IMG/VR virus record: IMGVR_UViG_3300025000_000057
Reading direction: 5' to 3' (one strand)
DNA length: 64,000 nucleotides
Origin: a virus
Lineage: Duplodnaviria > Caudoviricetes
This document shows, in pieces, positions 1 through 9,795 of this stretch. The notes under the pieces are model-generated. The model saw only the letters and a list, made by a program, of their open reading frames with translations. It was not told where the DNA came from and made no database searches. Position 1 is the first letter of the stretch, and the number at the start of each line of letters is the position of its first letter. Both the position numbers and the translations under genes were made by a program.

Positions 1-312
1 CTCTTCGAAAGGACATATTATCAGAATCTTATACTTGTCCTCATCTTCGCGAAGAGTTGGCGATCTGTTATACTGTGTAAAGGCATACCATAGAATCATA
101 ATACAAAGTATTTCTGTTTTTCCTAGTCTGCGCCCTAGTCTAAATACGACCCTCTTATTATCACGAAGTCCATACATTAGGTCGGGCTGATAATCAAATG
201 GTTTCCAGTTTAAGTAGATATCAGACCATTGAACCGGATCCATGATAACTTGTAGTTCGGCTGTCTCTTCAGGAGTTAATGTAGATTGGGGCGGCGCTAT
301 TATTGTTGCCAT
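1..312 (-). CDS. terL: Terminase large subunit, N-terminal part (truncated at window edge; not in ORF track)
   Basis: Manual translation from ATG at 312: MATIIAPPQ...WKPFDYQPDLM...KRVVFRLGRRLGKTEILCIMILWYAF...KILIICPFEE. Contains the adenine-binding YQ motif and a terminase-type Walker A (GRRxGKT). Confidence 0.85.
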   Translation of the reverse strand, partial: MATIIAPPQSTLTPEETAELQVIMDPVQWSDIYLNWKPFDYQPDLMYGLRDNKRVVFRLGRRLGKTEILCIMILWYAFTQYNRSPTLREDEDKYKILIICPFEE

Positions 313-313
313 A

Positions 314-760
314 TTACCGCCCGCCTAGGTTATTCCTATTAATCATACGAGCTTCGTTACCAAGCACGTATCGAGCTGCCATGCCTGACTCATGAGCTTG
401 CTGCATAGCACGTTGACGCATAGTTTGCCTAGTTGCCGTATCTGTAAAGCTATGACCAAATCCATGAGATGCGTGCATCTTCTTATCCTTACCTGCAAAA
501 TAAGCTTCGGTACCAATGGCACCGATAGCACTAGCCATTTGATAACCCATTTGAGCTATCGCTACGGACGGTAAGAATTCCCATAATGCAAATGTACCGG
601 CTGCGCCAAGAGCGGCTTTTCCGACAGAATCGCCTTCACTTCTACGCATCATATAATCAACACCGGAAAAAGCAGCATTCAATGCAAGTCCTGCGCCAAG
701 TTGTCTGTTAGTAACCCTCCTGGCAGCATGCTTAACTATCGTTCCAATAACTCCGGCCAT
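314..760 (-). CDS. Gly/Ala-rich hypothetical protein, probably virion-associated
   Basis: 148 aa, directly upstream of terL in a tightly packed operon. Confidence 0.75.
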   Translation of the reverse strand: MAGVIGTIVKHAARRVTNRQLGAGLALNAAFSGVDYMMRRSEGDSVGKAALGAAGTFALWEFLPSVAIAQMGYQMASAIGAIGTEAYFAGKDKKMHASHGFGHSFTDTATRQTMRQRAMQQAHESGMAARYVLGNEARMINRNNLGGR

Positions 761-1389
761 TAAAATCCACCACCCCTACTATTGTTAGATAGGGCTAAGG
801 CTAAGTCTCCACCGCTACCATTTAACATATCATCGAGAGTCTCACCATTCCTATAGGCATAATCTAAAGTTGTAGGTATCTTCTTAGAATCCATGTTATA
901 TAGTCCGGCTTTAGTCCTTTCAAGATTAGGTGTAGTTCCTGGATGAATACTACCAGCCATTCTTGATATACTCATATCACCTAAGAGTATATCAGCGCTT
1001 TGACCAGCTACACCATCACTTAAGCCTACTCCGACCGCTGCTATCGGGATTAAGTTAACAGCACCTACATGAGCAACATCTCTTGCTCTATTGGCAAGAC
1101 CTTTACCGGTACCTACTTCGCGCATCATTATTTCGCCAGCCTCGCCCAGTACCTTATCTGCCGCCTTAACGCCAGCCCAGGCTGTCTTACCAGCTCCTAT
1201 TGCAAAGCCTTTTGCAAACTGACCAGTTAGGTAATTCACTCCTGTTTTCTTACCTAACTGATACATGCCAGCAGTTCCTACAAAGGCACCTTTTGCAACT
1301 TTGGCAGTACCTTTAAGGGCGGTACCTAATAATCCCTCAAAGGCCATTAGTGGCAATCCTTTATTTAATACATTAGATATAAATGGCAT
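760..1389 (-). CDS. Gly/Ala-rich hypothetical protein
   Basis: 209 aa, AGGAGG RBS, stop abuts the next start. Confidence 0.75.
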   Translation of the reverse strand: MPFISNVLNKGLPLMAFEGLLGTALKGTAKVAKGAFVGTAGMYQLGKKTGVNYLTGQFAKGFAIGAGKTAWAGVKAADKVLGEAGEIMMREVGTGKGLANRARDVAHVGAVNLIPIAAVGVGLSDGVAGQSADILLGDMSISRMAGSIHPGTTPNLERTKAGLYNMDSKKIPTTLDYAYRNGETLDDMLNGSGGDLALALSNNSRGGGF

Positions 1390-1407
1390 CGATTATCCCT
1401 CCTATTC

Positions 1408-1818
1408 TTAAAGGAAAGGAATGCCGGCAATATCAAAGTTACCTCTTTGATCACTAAATGGAGAACCTTCTCCGCCTAATGTTCTAAAAGTCGAACCTGC
1501 TAAGAAACTTGCACCAGCAGTAGCTCCTGCTCTAATCCCGGCTGTTGCATAATCAATCTTACCTTCTGCGTTACGTGGAGTGAAATACCGTGCAGGCCTA
1601 GCCGCCATATCGATACCCTTACTTAATCCATCACGACTATTGATAGCACTTAAAGCTTCGTTATAACCAGCAACATCTCCACTTTGTCTAGCTGCCTCCA
1701 TCTTAGTTCCCATCTGGCCGTATTTAATACCGGCCTTTTCAGCAGAGTTGGGAACAACTTTAGTTATAAGGTTATTAACAAAACCACCTATATCTTGGTT
1801 CGTTGGTATTCTAGGCAT
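1408..1818 (-). CDS. Gly/Ala-rich protein ending GNFDIAGIPFL
   Basis: 136 aa, AAGGAGG RBS, paralogue of 1832-2269. Confidence 0.8.
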   Translation of the reverse strand: MPRIPTNQDIGGFVNNLITKVVPNSAEKAGIKYGQMGTKMEAARQSGDVAGYNEALSAINSRDGLSKGIDMAARPARYFTPRNAEGKIDYATAGIRAGATAGASFLAGSTFRTLGGEGSPFSDQRGNFDIAGIPFL

Positions 1819-1831
1819 AGTTTATCCCTCC

Positions 1832-2269
1832 TTAAATAAATGGAATTCCTGCAATATCAAAGTTGCCATCACCATCGCGCGTAAGACCACCACTACCAAA
1901 CATTTTCCTACCAGCGGTAGCGGTGGCAACTCCCATACTTACATCAAAACCTACTCTCGAAGCCGACTTAAGATAATCAATACCTTGGCCATTAGCTTTG
2001 GGAGCTGCATAACCGCGCAACATTGAATGACCCATATCCAGTACATTTTCTGCAGTTTGTCTTACAATACCGGCCTCTGTCTGTCCTGCAGCTTGAGCGG
2101 CCGCTCTTTGTTCTGCTCGTTTCATCATAGGTCTGTGTGCAAACTCTGTACTTTTAGATGACGCTGGCATAATCCAGTCTAGAGCTTTTACCCATTTATT
2201 AGCGTCACCGTTTGCAAATATAGAACTTAATGGAGTAGAAGCGCTCAATACAGAACCTAAAGCTGGCAT
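1832..2269 (-). CDS. Gly/Ala-rich protein ending GNFDIAGIPFI
   Basis: 145 aa, GGAGGTG RBS, paralogue of 1408-1818. Confidence 0.8.
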   Translation of the reverse strand: MPALGSVLSASTPLSSIFANGDANKWVKALDWIMPASSKSTEFAHRPMMKRAEQRAAAQAAGQTEAGIVRQTAENVLDMGHSMLRGYAAPKANGQGIDYLKSASRVGFDVSMGVATATAGRKMFGSGGLTRDGDGNFDIAGIPFI

Positions 2270-2280
2270 AATAACACCTC

Positions 2281-3195
2281 CTATAAATCAAAATCTACTT
2301 GTGAATATTCAATTTCAAAGCACGGTTCATTATCTTCCTGTGGCAAAGAGGTATATGTGGGAGTTATACCGTCAGAACTACTCTCTTTTTCCGGTACCGA
2401 TTTTGATATTACTTCCTCAGGTTTATCATCTGATGTAACTACCGGAGTTACATCAATTGTTACCATTGGAAGAGGTTTTAATAAGCCTGCCTTTTGCAAT
2501 GCCAGAGCTCTAGATACTAAATCTACAGCCTTCTTACTGGCATCGTTAGTAGCCATATCTTTCTTCGCTTTATCGGAACGGGTAGAGTCAAGAAGTTTAA
2601 ATACCTTATAACGTTCATTTCTTAATTTCTCTTTCTGAACCCAGGCTAAATGAAGTTGAGGGTTATTATAAGGAACGCCCTGATTACTTATACCGGCTAT
2701 AACATCCTCTATAAAGTCACCATCAATGGCAATCTTATTATCGCACCGTAAGATCTGTATTTCGATATCGACCAGATCTCTAACCATACCCATATCTACC
2801 GCATCTTCTTCCCGATCTTTAATACTAAAGTGATTACAGTACATTTCAAACCGGTCAACAATCGTGGCGATCTCTATAGGGCAACGACCTTGTTTATTAG
2901 CTACTACATTTCTAACTGTAGAATCTATATAGCAAGATTCAGCATAAGGGCAATCTTCTCCTCTACAGATTATAGGCACTGCGGCCATGAGACCGTGTCT
3001 CGTGTTAGATACTGATACAGCAGTTTTAACAGCACTAATACTGACAGAATCTATACCCCAGAATGAAGGAAGGACTCCGAGGCCACTTGTAGTTGTAAGT
3101 ACACCATCGTCATTTAAGACGATCATATTGTTTATGTCTTTTAAAGACGGTGCTTTTAATGGTGCCGGAACTTGTTCCTTTTGCTCTTCACTCAT
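2281..3195 (-). CDS. Hypothetical protein with a Cys cluster; possible small terminase-like DNA-binding protein
   Basis: 304 aa, AAGGAG RBS, C-x4-C-x4-C...C then helical region and acidic tail. First gene of the terL operon; function guessed from position only. Confidence 0.6.
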   Translation of the reverse strand: MSEEQKEQVPAPLKAPSLKDINNMIVLNDDGVLTTTSGLGVLPSFWGIDSVSISAVKTAVSVSNTRHGLMAAVPIICRGEDCPYAESCYIDSTVRNVVANKQGRCPIEIATIVDRFEMYCNHFSIKDREEDAVDMGMVRDLVDIEIQILRCDNKIAIDGDFIEDVIAGISNQGVPYNNPQLHLAWVQKEKLRNERYKVFKLLDSTRSDKAKKDMATNDASKKAVDLVSRALALQKAGLLKPLPMVTIDVTPVVTSDDKPEEVISKSVPEKESSSDGITPTYTSLPQEDNEPCFEIEYSQVDFDL

Positions 3196-3469
3196 TACTA
3201 TCTACTCCTTATCTAAAGTCAGACCTCCTCAGGCCCTCGCGCTTTACGTTCTCTATCAAACTTACCAGCTACTTCAAGATAAGGCTATCAGAAGATAATT
3301 ATCAGATATCTATCCTGACAGCCTAAACCCGTTGCCAAGCAAGCTCGATGTTTTTGTCACAGCAATACGCCGTCGACCCTACCATTTTCCTTTAACTTTA
3401 GATAGGTAATTTGTAACAGTATCTAAAGGTAGATATTACTTGGTTCTAAATAGATTGTGTAACCTCTCA

Positions 3470-3520
3470 GTATATATTTGTACAATGTAACTTGTCAAAT
3501 GTAACATTAGGGTATATAAT
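3470..3520. promoter_or_regulatory. Overlapping divergent sigma-A promoters with heptad repeats
   Basis: Plus strand: TTGTCA(3492-97)-17-TATAAT(3515-20). Minus strand: TTGACA-18-TATACT. In-phase heptads TTGTACA ATGTAAC TTGTCAA ATGTAAC (3478-3505) lie at the strand switch. Confidence 0.75.
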
Positions 3521-3557
3521 AGTGTCATCCAGAATGGAATACAGAGGAGGAGATGTA

Positions 3558-5150
3558 ATGAATGTACGTAGCTTGTTTACCATGCTTACATTAATCGTAC
3601 TACTAACAGTTCTAGGAGTCCCGGTAGAAGCGAGTGTAAGTGTAGAGAGAATGGCTGGTCAGGGGCCGGGGTACGTAGATGGCCCGGTAGAAGATGCCAA
3701 GTTTAGCATGGCAAGTTTAGTACTCTGGGATAAGAATGAAAAAGATGCATACGTCCTGGATGGAGTATCCCTAAGATATATAGCAGATGGTCAGGTTAAG
3801 ACCATAACAAGCCTGTGGCAGGCTACAGAACAACTCGCTCCGTACGGATTAGATGGAGAAGCTCGCATATGGAGTTTCAGGTATGGTAATATGGTCTGGG
3901 GTGGAGATAAGATATATCTCTCCGGGTTAATGTTTAAGAAAGATGTGAAGGGGCCACTCACGAATCTAACTCCAGAAAGTTCTAATTGGACTCGTGAAGG
4001 ATTCACCTATAACGTCTTCTTTGAAATAGACCCGGCGGCCGGAGATATTAAACTCTTACGGGCAGATAAAGCCTACTGCAACATAGCACCTAGAAACGGT
4101 AACTACATTCAAGGTATCTGGGATAAGCGCCCTGACCTTACCTTTAACGGTAGTAACGCACTTTACGTATATTACTTCTTCGTACCTGTCCCAAAGATTC
4201 AGCCGATGGGGGATTCGTTTCTCGTAGTCAAAAGTACTGACCCGGGTGAAGAAGATAATAATCAGCAGTTCTGGCTGGCCAAGTGGAACAAAGATGGTTC
4301 AGAAGAGATATTGTTTAACTTAAACAAGTTAGCACATAGATATCACGAGTGGGATCCTATTCCTAATACAAAACCTACATCGCCATTTGGTCTTATAGAT
4401 GTAATAGCCTTTCCGGGAGATGACACAATATATCTAACCGATGGTGTAAACTCTTCAGCGCTTAATATCTTTACAGGAGAGGTATCGGACTGGATATCAG
4501 ACAGATTTGTTCAAGACGGGGTTATGATGAAAGGTAAGATGAAAGACGGGTATATCTACTTCTTAGATAATACCGGTATCTGGACGGTTAGTCCCGGAGG
4601 TGCTACCACGAGACCGGTAGAGGCCAAGTATCTAGATTACTCAGGCAATATCTTTGGCTACGATATAAATAGTAAAGGCGAGATTATTGTCGCAAACTAC
4701 ACCAAAGGTACTATCGATATGTTCAAACTCTCCGACCTGGATGTTGTAAGAAGTCACTGGATCTACTTAAACAATAAACAAGTACGTCAAACCATATGGG
4801 GTAACGCCACACTGGTAGAAGAGTATAATGGCAAGGTGTATATAGGTATCAAAGCTATTACAGAACTCTTTACTACTCTCTCGATTAGTAGTAATCAAAG
4901 TACTCTTAAGATGTATCACAACTCCGGAAGAAGTATAACCATTTCCTTAACTCGTATAGAGCACGAACATAATACGAGTTATAAGGCGGAACTAGACGAA
5001 TTTATAGATGCCTATAATTCTATAAGCCCTCTTAAGATAGAAGGAAAATACCTAAACGACGACTTATATCTAAATACAACAGGAACTGAAAATAGCCATG
5101 ATAATAACGGAGCACCGGACATGATGTACGGCATACCTGTTTACGAATAG
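3558..5150 (+). CDS. Exported protein: signal peptide, beta-rich region, C-terminal copper-amine-oxidase-N-like domain
   Basis: Start moved to ATG 3558 after GAGGAGG. Signal MNVRSLFTMLTLIVLLTVLGVPVEA. The segment IYLNNKQV...NGKVYIGIKAITELF resembles the Firmicute cell-surface Cu_amine_oxidN1 domain. Confidence 0.65.
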   Translation: MNVRSLFTMLTLIVLLTVLGVPVEASVSVERMAGQGPGYVDGPVEDAKFSMASLVLWDKNEKDAYVLDGVSLRYIADGQVKTITSLWQATEQLAPYGLDGEARIWSFRYGNMVWGGDKIYLSGLMFKKDVKGPLTNLTPESSNWTREGFTYNVFFEIDPAAGDIKLLRADKAYCNIAPRNGNYIQGIWDKRPDLTFNGSNALYVYYFFVPVPKIQPMGDSFLVVKSTDPGEEDNNQQFWLAKWNKDGSEEILFNLNKLAHRYHEWDPIPNTKPTSPFGLIDVIAFPGDDTIYLTDGVNSSALNIFTGEVSDWISDRFVQDGVMMKGKMKDGYIYFLDNTGIWTVSPGGATTRPVEAKYLDYSGNIFGYDINSKGEIIVANYTKGTIDMFKLSDLDVVRSHWIYLNNKQVRQTIWGNATLVEEYNGKVYIGIKAITELFTTLSISSNQSTLKMYHNSGRSITISLTRIEHEHNTSYKAELDEFIDAYNSISPLKIEGKYLNDDLYLNTTGTENSHDNNGAPDMMYGIPVYE

Positions 5151-5160
5151 GAGTGATTAC

Positions 5161-5463
5161 GTGAGTGATATTAGAAGAGTAGTATCCGGCAACCTGATTA
5201 TTATCGATAAGATTAAAGAAGGCGGCAAGGATATTCAGTTCGAGATTAATGGTCTTGTCATTAATGATACGAACGGTGGTTTTTACTTAGGCGGTAAGAG
5301 TGGTCTGTGTTTACAAATCGACAATGAAGCTCTTAAAGATAACGCAGAAAAAGCAATGTTTCTACAAACCTGGGAAACTATCGGTGAAGAGATATATAAA
5401 GCGTTCACCAAGGGCTTAAATAGAAACGTAAGGAAACCAGAGAACAAGGAACAGGAGGTTTAA
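5161..5463 (+). CDS. Hypothetical protein
   Basis: 100 aa, AGGAG RBS. Confidence 0.75.
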   Translation: MSDIRRVVSGNLIIIDKIKEGGKDIQFEINGLVINDTNGGFYLGGKSGLCLQIDNEALKDNAEKAMFLQTWETIGEEIYKAFTKGLNRNVRKPENKEQEV

Positions 5464-5467
5464 CACG

Positions 5468-6409
5468 ATGCCATCAAACAATGATAAGAAAATAGATTAT
5501 AGTAAAGGCTTTAAAGTAAGTATTGGCGGCAAACCTATTGGCCGTATCCAGGATATAGAGATTAAAGACAAATCTACTTTACCCAGTGTCGATGTTGAAA
5601 GTATGAAGCTTGGCGATAAACCTTTTGAGCTAAGTGCGGGAATTCTTAATGCTAATAATATAGCTCTAGATAATTACGCTTTAAACTGTCTCATGAAAGA
5701 CGGTTTAGATCGCCCGATCGATCGACTAGCTCTTAACGGTATGACTGGAGTAAATTCTAATGATAATGTCTGGGAAAATGTAGATGTTGCTGAAAGTATC
5801 GACTCTTCTAAAGCCTGGACAAGAAAAGAGTATCCGGCGCCAACAAATATACTCCTTGGTGAAGATCATCCGCAATATAAAGAAATCCTGGATAAGGGAT
5901 TTCTTCAGGGGTTCAAAACTATGAGAGAATTGGTAAAGATGCTCTTCGAAGAATCTGTTAAGGATATTGATCATGCCGGAGAAGTAAAAGCTGCTTTCTT
6001 TAAGGTACTAGATACTATTTCGTTACCTAAGAAGCCGGAGATTAAAAGTGTATCAGAAGAGTCTGCAGTTGACTGGTTTGCCGATAAAGTAATGAAAGGT
6101 TTAGGCCTCTCTGCTGGTATAAATGTAACAATCGACCCGAATATGCCACCGGGAGTAATAGGAGTTGTAAATGACATGAAACTCGAAAGTATCTCACTTA
6201 TCAAAGAAGCTGTAGTACCGTGTGTTATATGCGGTAGTTCTACCGGCAAGTGTAAACACTTATCGAATTCCAAGTCTATCGATAAGATGCCGGATTTTAC
6301 ATTTCATAAGAATCCTTCCTGTGTGAAACAATCTTTGCAGGTTAAGGATGGAACTGGTCGTTCACTTGAGTTTGAGCAAATGGGAGATATCATAATCATC
6401 AAAGAATAG
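5468..6409 (+). CDS. Hypothetical protein with a CxxC...C motif
   Basis: 313 aa, GGAGG RBS. Confidence 0.75.
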   Translation: MPSNNDKKIDYSKGFKVSIGGKPIGRIQDIEIKDKSTLPSVDVESMKLGDKPFELSAGILNANNIALDNYALNCLMKDGLDRPIDRLALNGMTGVNSNDNVWENVDVAESIDSSKAWTRKEYPAPTNILLGEDHPQYKEILDKGFLQGFKTMRELVKMLFEESVKDIDHAGEVKAAFFKVLDTISLPKKPEIKSVSEESAVDWFADKVMKGLGLSAGINVTIDPNMPPGVIGVVNDMKLESISLIKEAVVPCVICGSSTGKCKHLSNSKSIDKMPDFTFHKNPSCVKQSLQVKDGTGRSLEFEQMGDIIIIKE

Positions 6410-6470
6410 AAAGTCATTCTCTACGGATACGTTTTCATATCCGTAGAGAAATAATAAAGGAGGAATATCC

Positions 6471-6752
6471 ATGATGACAGAACAAACTGCAAGAGAAGAA
6501 ACTTTGCAAGACGAAATGAAAGCATTAGAGTATAATGTACAATCTCTAGAAAATACGGTATCAACTTTACAGAAGACTTTATCTGGTGTTATATCTTTAA
6601 ATGGAGATACCATTAAAGAGCTTAAAGCTCCCGAGCGTCTTCCGTCGATTCTTCATAGTTACAATGGGAGTATCGTTAGCTCTATACAATCGCTCAATAT
6701 TATGGTCGAACATCTCCAAGTTCAACTTGGAGAATATAAACTAATCTATTAA
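6471..6752 (+). CDS. Coiled-coil hypothetical protein
   Basis: 93 aa, AAAGGAGG RBS, heptad pattern. Confidence 0.75.
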   Translation: MMTEQTAREETLQDEMKALEYNVQSLENTVSTLQKTLSGVISLNGDTIKELKAPERLPSILHSYNGSIVSSIQSLNIMVEHLQVQLGEYKLIY

Positions 6753-6757
6753 CCGAG

Positions 6758-7303
6758 GTGATTTCGTTGAAACAGGTCTATTTAACCAGGTCTCGTGTCA
6801 GCGCTAATATTCCCCTTAAAGCGACTGGCGTTGCGGTAAGTATAGAAGAGATGAATAAGAAATTCGAGAATGTTAAAGGATTGCCCGTTAAAGACGCTTA
6901 TCAAGTTGGCTGGGGTCAATCCGATTCAGTGGCCCCGTCTGTAGGTACTATATTGGACAAGTTTATTACGCCTGACGGTCACACATGGTTAATATACGAG
7001 GTCGATTTAGAAAAGTTAAGTTACAAAGCTCGTAGAGATATCACAACCCGTAAAGCTGGCGCTTTTGCTGCCTTTGAATACTCAAGTGAAGAAGGCTATA
7101 AAGATGTAATGTATGCTATTATCTATCAAAGAGAACCAGACAGGTATCCCTGGGAGGCGGAAAATACAACCCATGTTTGCCTAACAGGAATCAAAGATGA
7201 TGAATTAGAAATGCTTCGTCAAGTATTCGATCCTCAATCAATGGAATGTATAGCTCTTTACGTAACAAAGCAGAATCAACCTAACGTAGCGATCGTTTCT
7301 TAG
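6758..7303 (+). CDS. Hypothetical protein
   Basis: 181 aa; true start probably TTG 6767 after GAGGTG. Confidence 0.7.
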   Translation: MISLKQVYLTRSRVSANIPLKATGVAVSIEEMNKKFENVKGLPVKDAYQVGWGQSDSVAPSVGTILDKFITPDGHTWLIYEVDLEKLSYKARRDITTRKAGAFAAFEYSSEEGYKDVMYAIIYQREPDRYPWEAENTTHVCLTGIKDDELEMLRQVFDPQSMECIALYVTKQNQPNVAIVS

Positions 7304-7326
7304 TGATACTACACTAAGAAACGATC
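7291..7326. repeat. Perfect 15-bp inverted repeat (terminator-like)
   Basis: gatcgtttcttagtg-atacta-cactaagaaacgatc. Confidence 0.8.
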
Positions 7327-7346
7327 CTTAAGGAAGTGATACCAAC

Positions 7347-8507
7347 GTGTGTAACAATAACTGGTGGGAAGGTAGTTCTGATGGTCGTAACATACAACCA
7401 GGAATTAGTAGACAGATGCTTATTGATGCTGGTATAGTTTCTGGTCGGAAGAGTTCTGACGGAGGAGACGGTTGCTTTATTGCAACAGAGATATATGGTG
7501 ATTCTCAGGCAAACGAAGTCAATCTGTTACGTCTTTATAGAGATGTAGTTATGCGTAATAGTTTTATAGGTAGACGATTGATTGACTTTTATTATGGGGT
7601 ATCTCCTACATTAGTTAAGTTAATTCGTAAGTTTCCCATTACTAAGAAAGTAATCACACCAATACTTAATACGATCGTTACCTGTGTTAACGAGGAACCA
7701 TCTCTAAGAAATGAAGAGTGCGATATCTCAATCCAGTTCAATACTGGATGTAATCTTGATTGCAAATTGTGCTTCCGGAAGCATGATACAGAAAGGAATA
7801 ATAAACATATCTATCTACAGAACTTCTGGAACTTTATAGATCGCTATAATTTCGAGCACGGCATTGAATGGATTATATGGGAAGGTAGAGGAGAACTATT
7901 CGTAGATTACATGTTTCCTTTTTGCCTGAATAGAATCTGTGAGAGACATCCTAATATTATTCATACAGTAATCACTAATGGCACAATAGATGCTCTAGAT
8001 GAACTTAAGTATCCTGAGAAGGTATACCTTTCTATATCTCTTGATGGCTTAAGAGATGTTCACGAGGATAACAGAGGTATAGGTACATTTAATAAGACGG
8101 TTGCATTTATAAAACACGCCTTAACAATGGGATTTGCCGACGTTACAATTCGTTCTATTGCTACAAAACGTTTTCTTTCTCAGCTACCACAGTTTAGTGA
8201 TTTTGTAAAAGAGTTATCCTCTGATATACATGTTTACGTACAGGAAGTAATACCTCCTTTTGACAAGTCTATGGATATTGAATATCTTTACACATCCAGG
8301 GATAGTATCGAAGTTACATGTACAGGCTTTACTAATATCATCCTTGAAAAGAAACATCACCTGCACAAACAGATTTCATTACATCCAGAGGGCATCTTTA
8401 ATTGCAATAAGCCTACATGTAAGATAGCTGACTATCATCATTGTATACCCGATGTGCTATCTGCTTATAATTTATCTAGGCTTGATTGTAAGAACTGTAA
8501 ATCATAA
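7347..8507 (+). CDS. Radical SAM enzyme with N-terminal CFI-box-CTERM-like domain
   Basis: GCFIATEIYG...LLRLYRDVVM...GRRLIDFYYGVSP, then CNLDCKLC (CxxxCxxC), EGRGE, VITNGT, ISLDGLRDVHEDNRGIGTF, and a C-terminal Cys cluster. Confidence 0.85.
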   Translation: MCNNNWWEGSSDGRNIQPGISRQMLIDAGIVSGRKSSDGGDGCFIATEIYGDSQANEVNLLRLYRDVVMRNSFIGRRLIDFYYGVSPTLVKLIRKFPITKKVITPILNTIVTCVNEEPSLRNEECDISIQFNTGCNLDCKLCFRKHDTERNNKHIYLQNFWNFIDRYNFEHGIEWIIWEGRGELFVDYMFPFCLNRICERHPNIIHTVITNGTIDALDELKYPEKVYLSISLDGLRDVHEDNRGIGTFNKTVAFIKHALTMGFADVTIRSIATKRFLSQLPQFSDFVKELSSDIHVYVQEVIPPFDKSMDIEYLYTSRDSIEVTCTGFTNIILEKKHHLHKQISLHPEGIFNCNKPTCKIADYHHCIPDVLSAYNLSRLDCKNCKS

Positions 8508-8704
8508 TGGTGTATAAACCGGAAAGATCTATAATGAATATACAACCGTCTTTGTGCTATGCTATCTACGTTACAGAGGCAGAACGGGATGCTATTGAAG
8601 CAGCCTTATCAATGGGTCTTAAATCGACAGACTCGGATGTAAATGAATTTATGGATAGTCTAATCAGACGAGTGAAATACGCACCACTGGTGGACAAGTT
8701 ATGA
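8507..8704 (+). CDS. Small hypothetical protein
   Basis: 65 aa, coupled by TAATG overlap. Confidence 0.65.
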   Translation: MVYKPERSIMNIQPSLCYAIYVTEAERDAIEAALSMGLKSTDSDVNEFMDSLIRRVKYAPLVDKL

Positions 8705-9279
8705 ATAGACAAACTAAATATATGTTACTGTTGAGCGAAGCAATGATATCTTTCACCTTCGCTCTAACAACGCCATTTGTACAATTACATTTTGTTAAGT
8801 TAGTCTCCCAAAATATCTATACCCTCTCTACACTTTTACAAACTACCTTTTGCGCTATACTTCAAACCATATTAAGGACTAAAGAAAACAGAGCGGTCTT
8901 TAGAAAATACTTTGTACTCGTTATGACAATAGATGTAATTCTAATGGTGGTAATAAACTATTACGGTATAAATAATACCAATCTAAGATTCCTTGGGTTT
9001 ACAATTATAAACTCAGTCACAGCAACCATATGGATTACTATTATGACCGAAGCGATAAACAACAACCTCTCATCGGAGAATCTTACAAACTTTCAAGTAT
9101 TAAGACAATCATGTGCCTCCTGGTCTATCGCTGCAGGAGGAGCTTTAGCTGTATTGATAAGCTACCTAAATATCGAATGGATCGTAATAGCTATTGTATT
9201 ACAGTGTGTAGTAAACTTAATCTATGCCATCTGCGATTATACTGTATATAAACGATTAACTACAGAAAATAAGGAGTAA
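8701..9279 (+). CDS. Multi-pass membrane protein (half-MFS-like)
   Basis: About 6 hydrophobic segments in 192 aa. Confidence 0.7.
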   Translation: MNRQTKYMLLLSEAMISFTFALTTPFVQLHFVKLVSQNIYTLSTLLQTTFCAILQTILRTKENRAVFRKYFVLVMTIDVILMVVINYYGINNTNLRFLGFTIINSVTATIWITIMTEAINNNLSSENLTNFQVLRQSCASWSIAAGGALAVLISYLNIEWIVIAIVLQCVVNLIYAICDYTVYKRLTTENKE

Positions 9280-9291
9280 TATAAATCTATT

Positions 9292-9759
9292 ATGGAGGAA
9301 ATGATGAAATTTACTCGTAGTTCAAAGCACCAAAATGTATTGCAAGATTGGGTAATTGAAGAATGTTCGTTGATGATGCAAGGTACACTTGTTTCAGCCC
9401 TCCGTGGCTGTGACGGTGTTATTAAAGAAGACATTTCTAAGAAATTCACGCGAGCTATTCGTAGTGTTGTTTTGAACAACGCCTGCTCAAACATTCCGAA
9501 GTTTATTACCTTTGATGTCACAGAAGAAGATATTAAGGTCTTTCTCAAACAACCAGATCACTATCCTGTTCATTGGCTGATGCACTTTATCCATGCCACG
9601 GAGGTTGTGGGTTGGATGCATGACAATGAATCTATCCGCACTTGGTGGAGGGATTTATACTTCCGGATGTGTGATATGTTGCATTTAAATCCGGAAACCC
9701 AGGAGCAGTTTTATGCACGGTTAAGTGATGGGCAGGAAAAGGATTGTTGGAAATCTTGA
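9292..9759 (+). CDS. Conserved phage hypothetical protein
   Basis: QDWV...MQGTLVSALRGCD...HWLMHFIHATEVVG. Confidence 0.7.
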   Translation: MEEMMKFTRSSKHQNVLQDWVIEECSLMMQGTLVSALRGCDGVIKEDISKKFTRAIRSVVLNNACSNIPKFITFDVTEEDIKVFLKQPDHYPVHWLMHFIHATEVVGWMHDNESIRTWWRDLYFRMCDMLHLNPETQEQFYARLSDGQEKDCWKS

Positions 9760-9795
9760 TTATAAAGACCTCATCAATTAGAGGAGATTTAAACT

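Noticed and set aside
6758-7303. Prohead protease assignment
   Set aside because: GLPV..VGTI is suggestive, but the catalytic His and Ser cannot be found and the gene is outside the structural operon.
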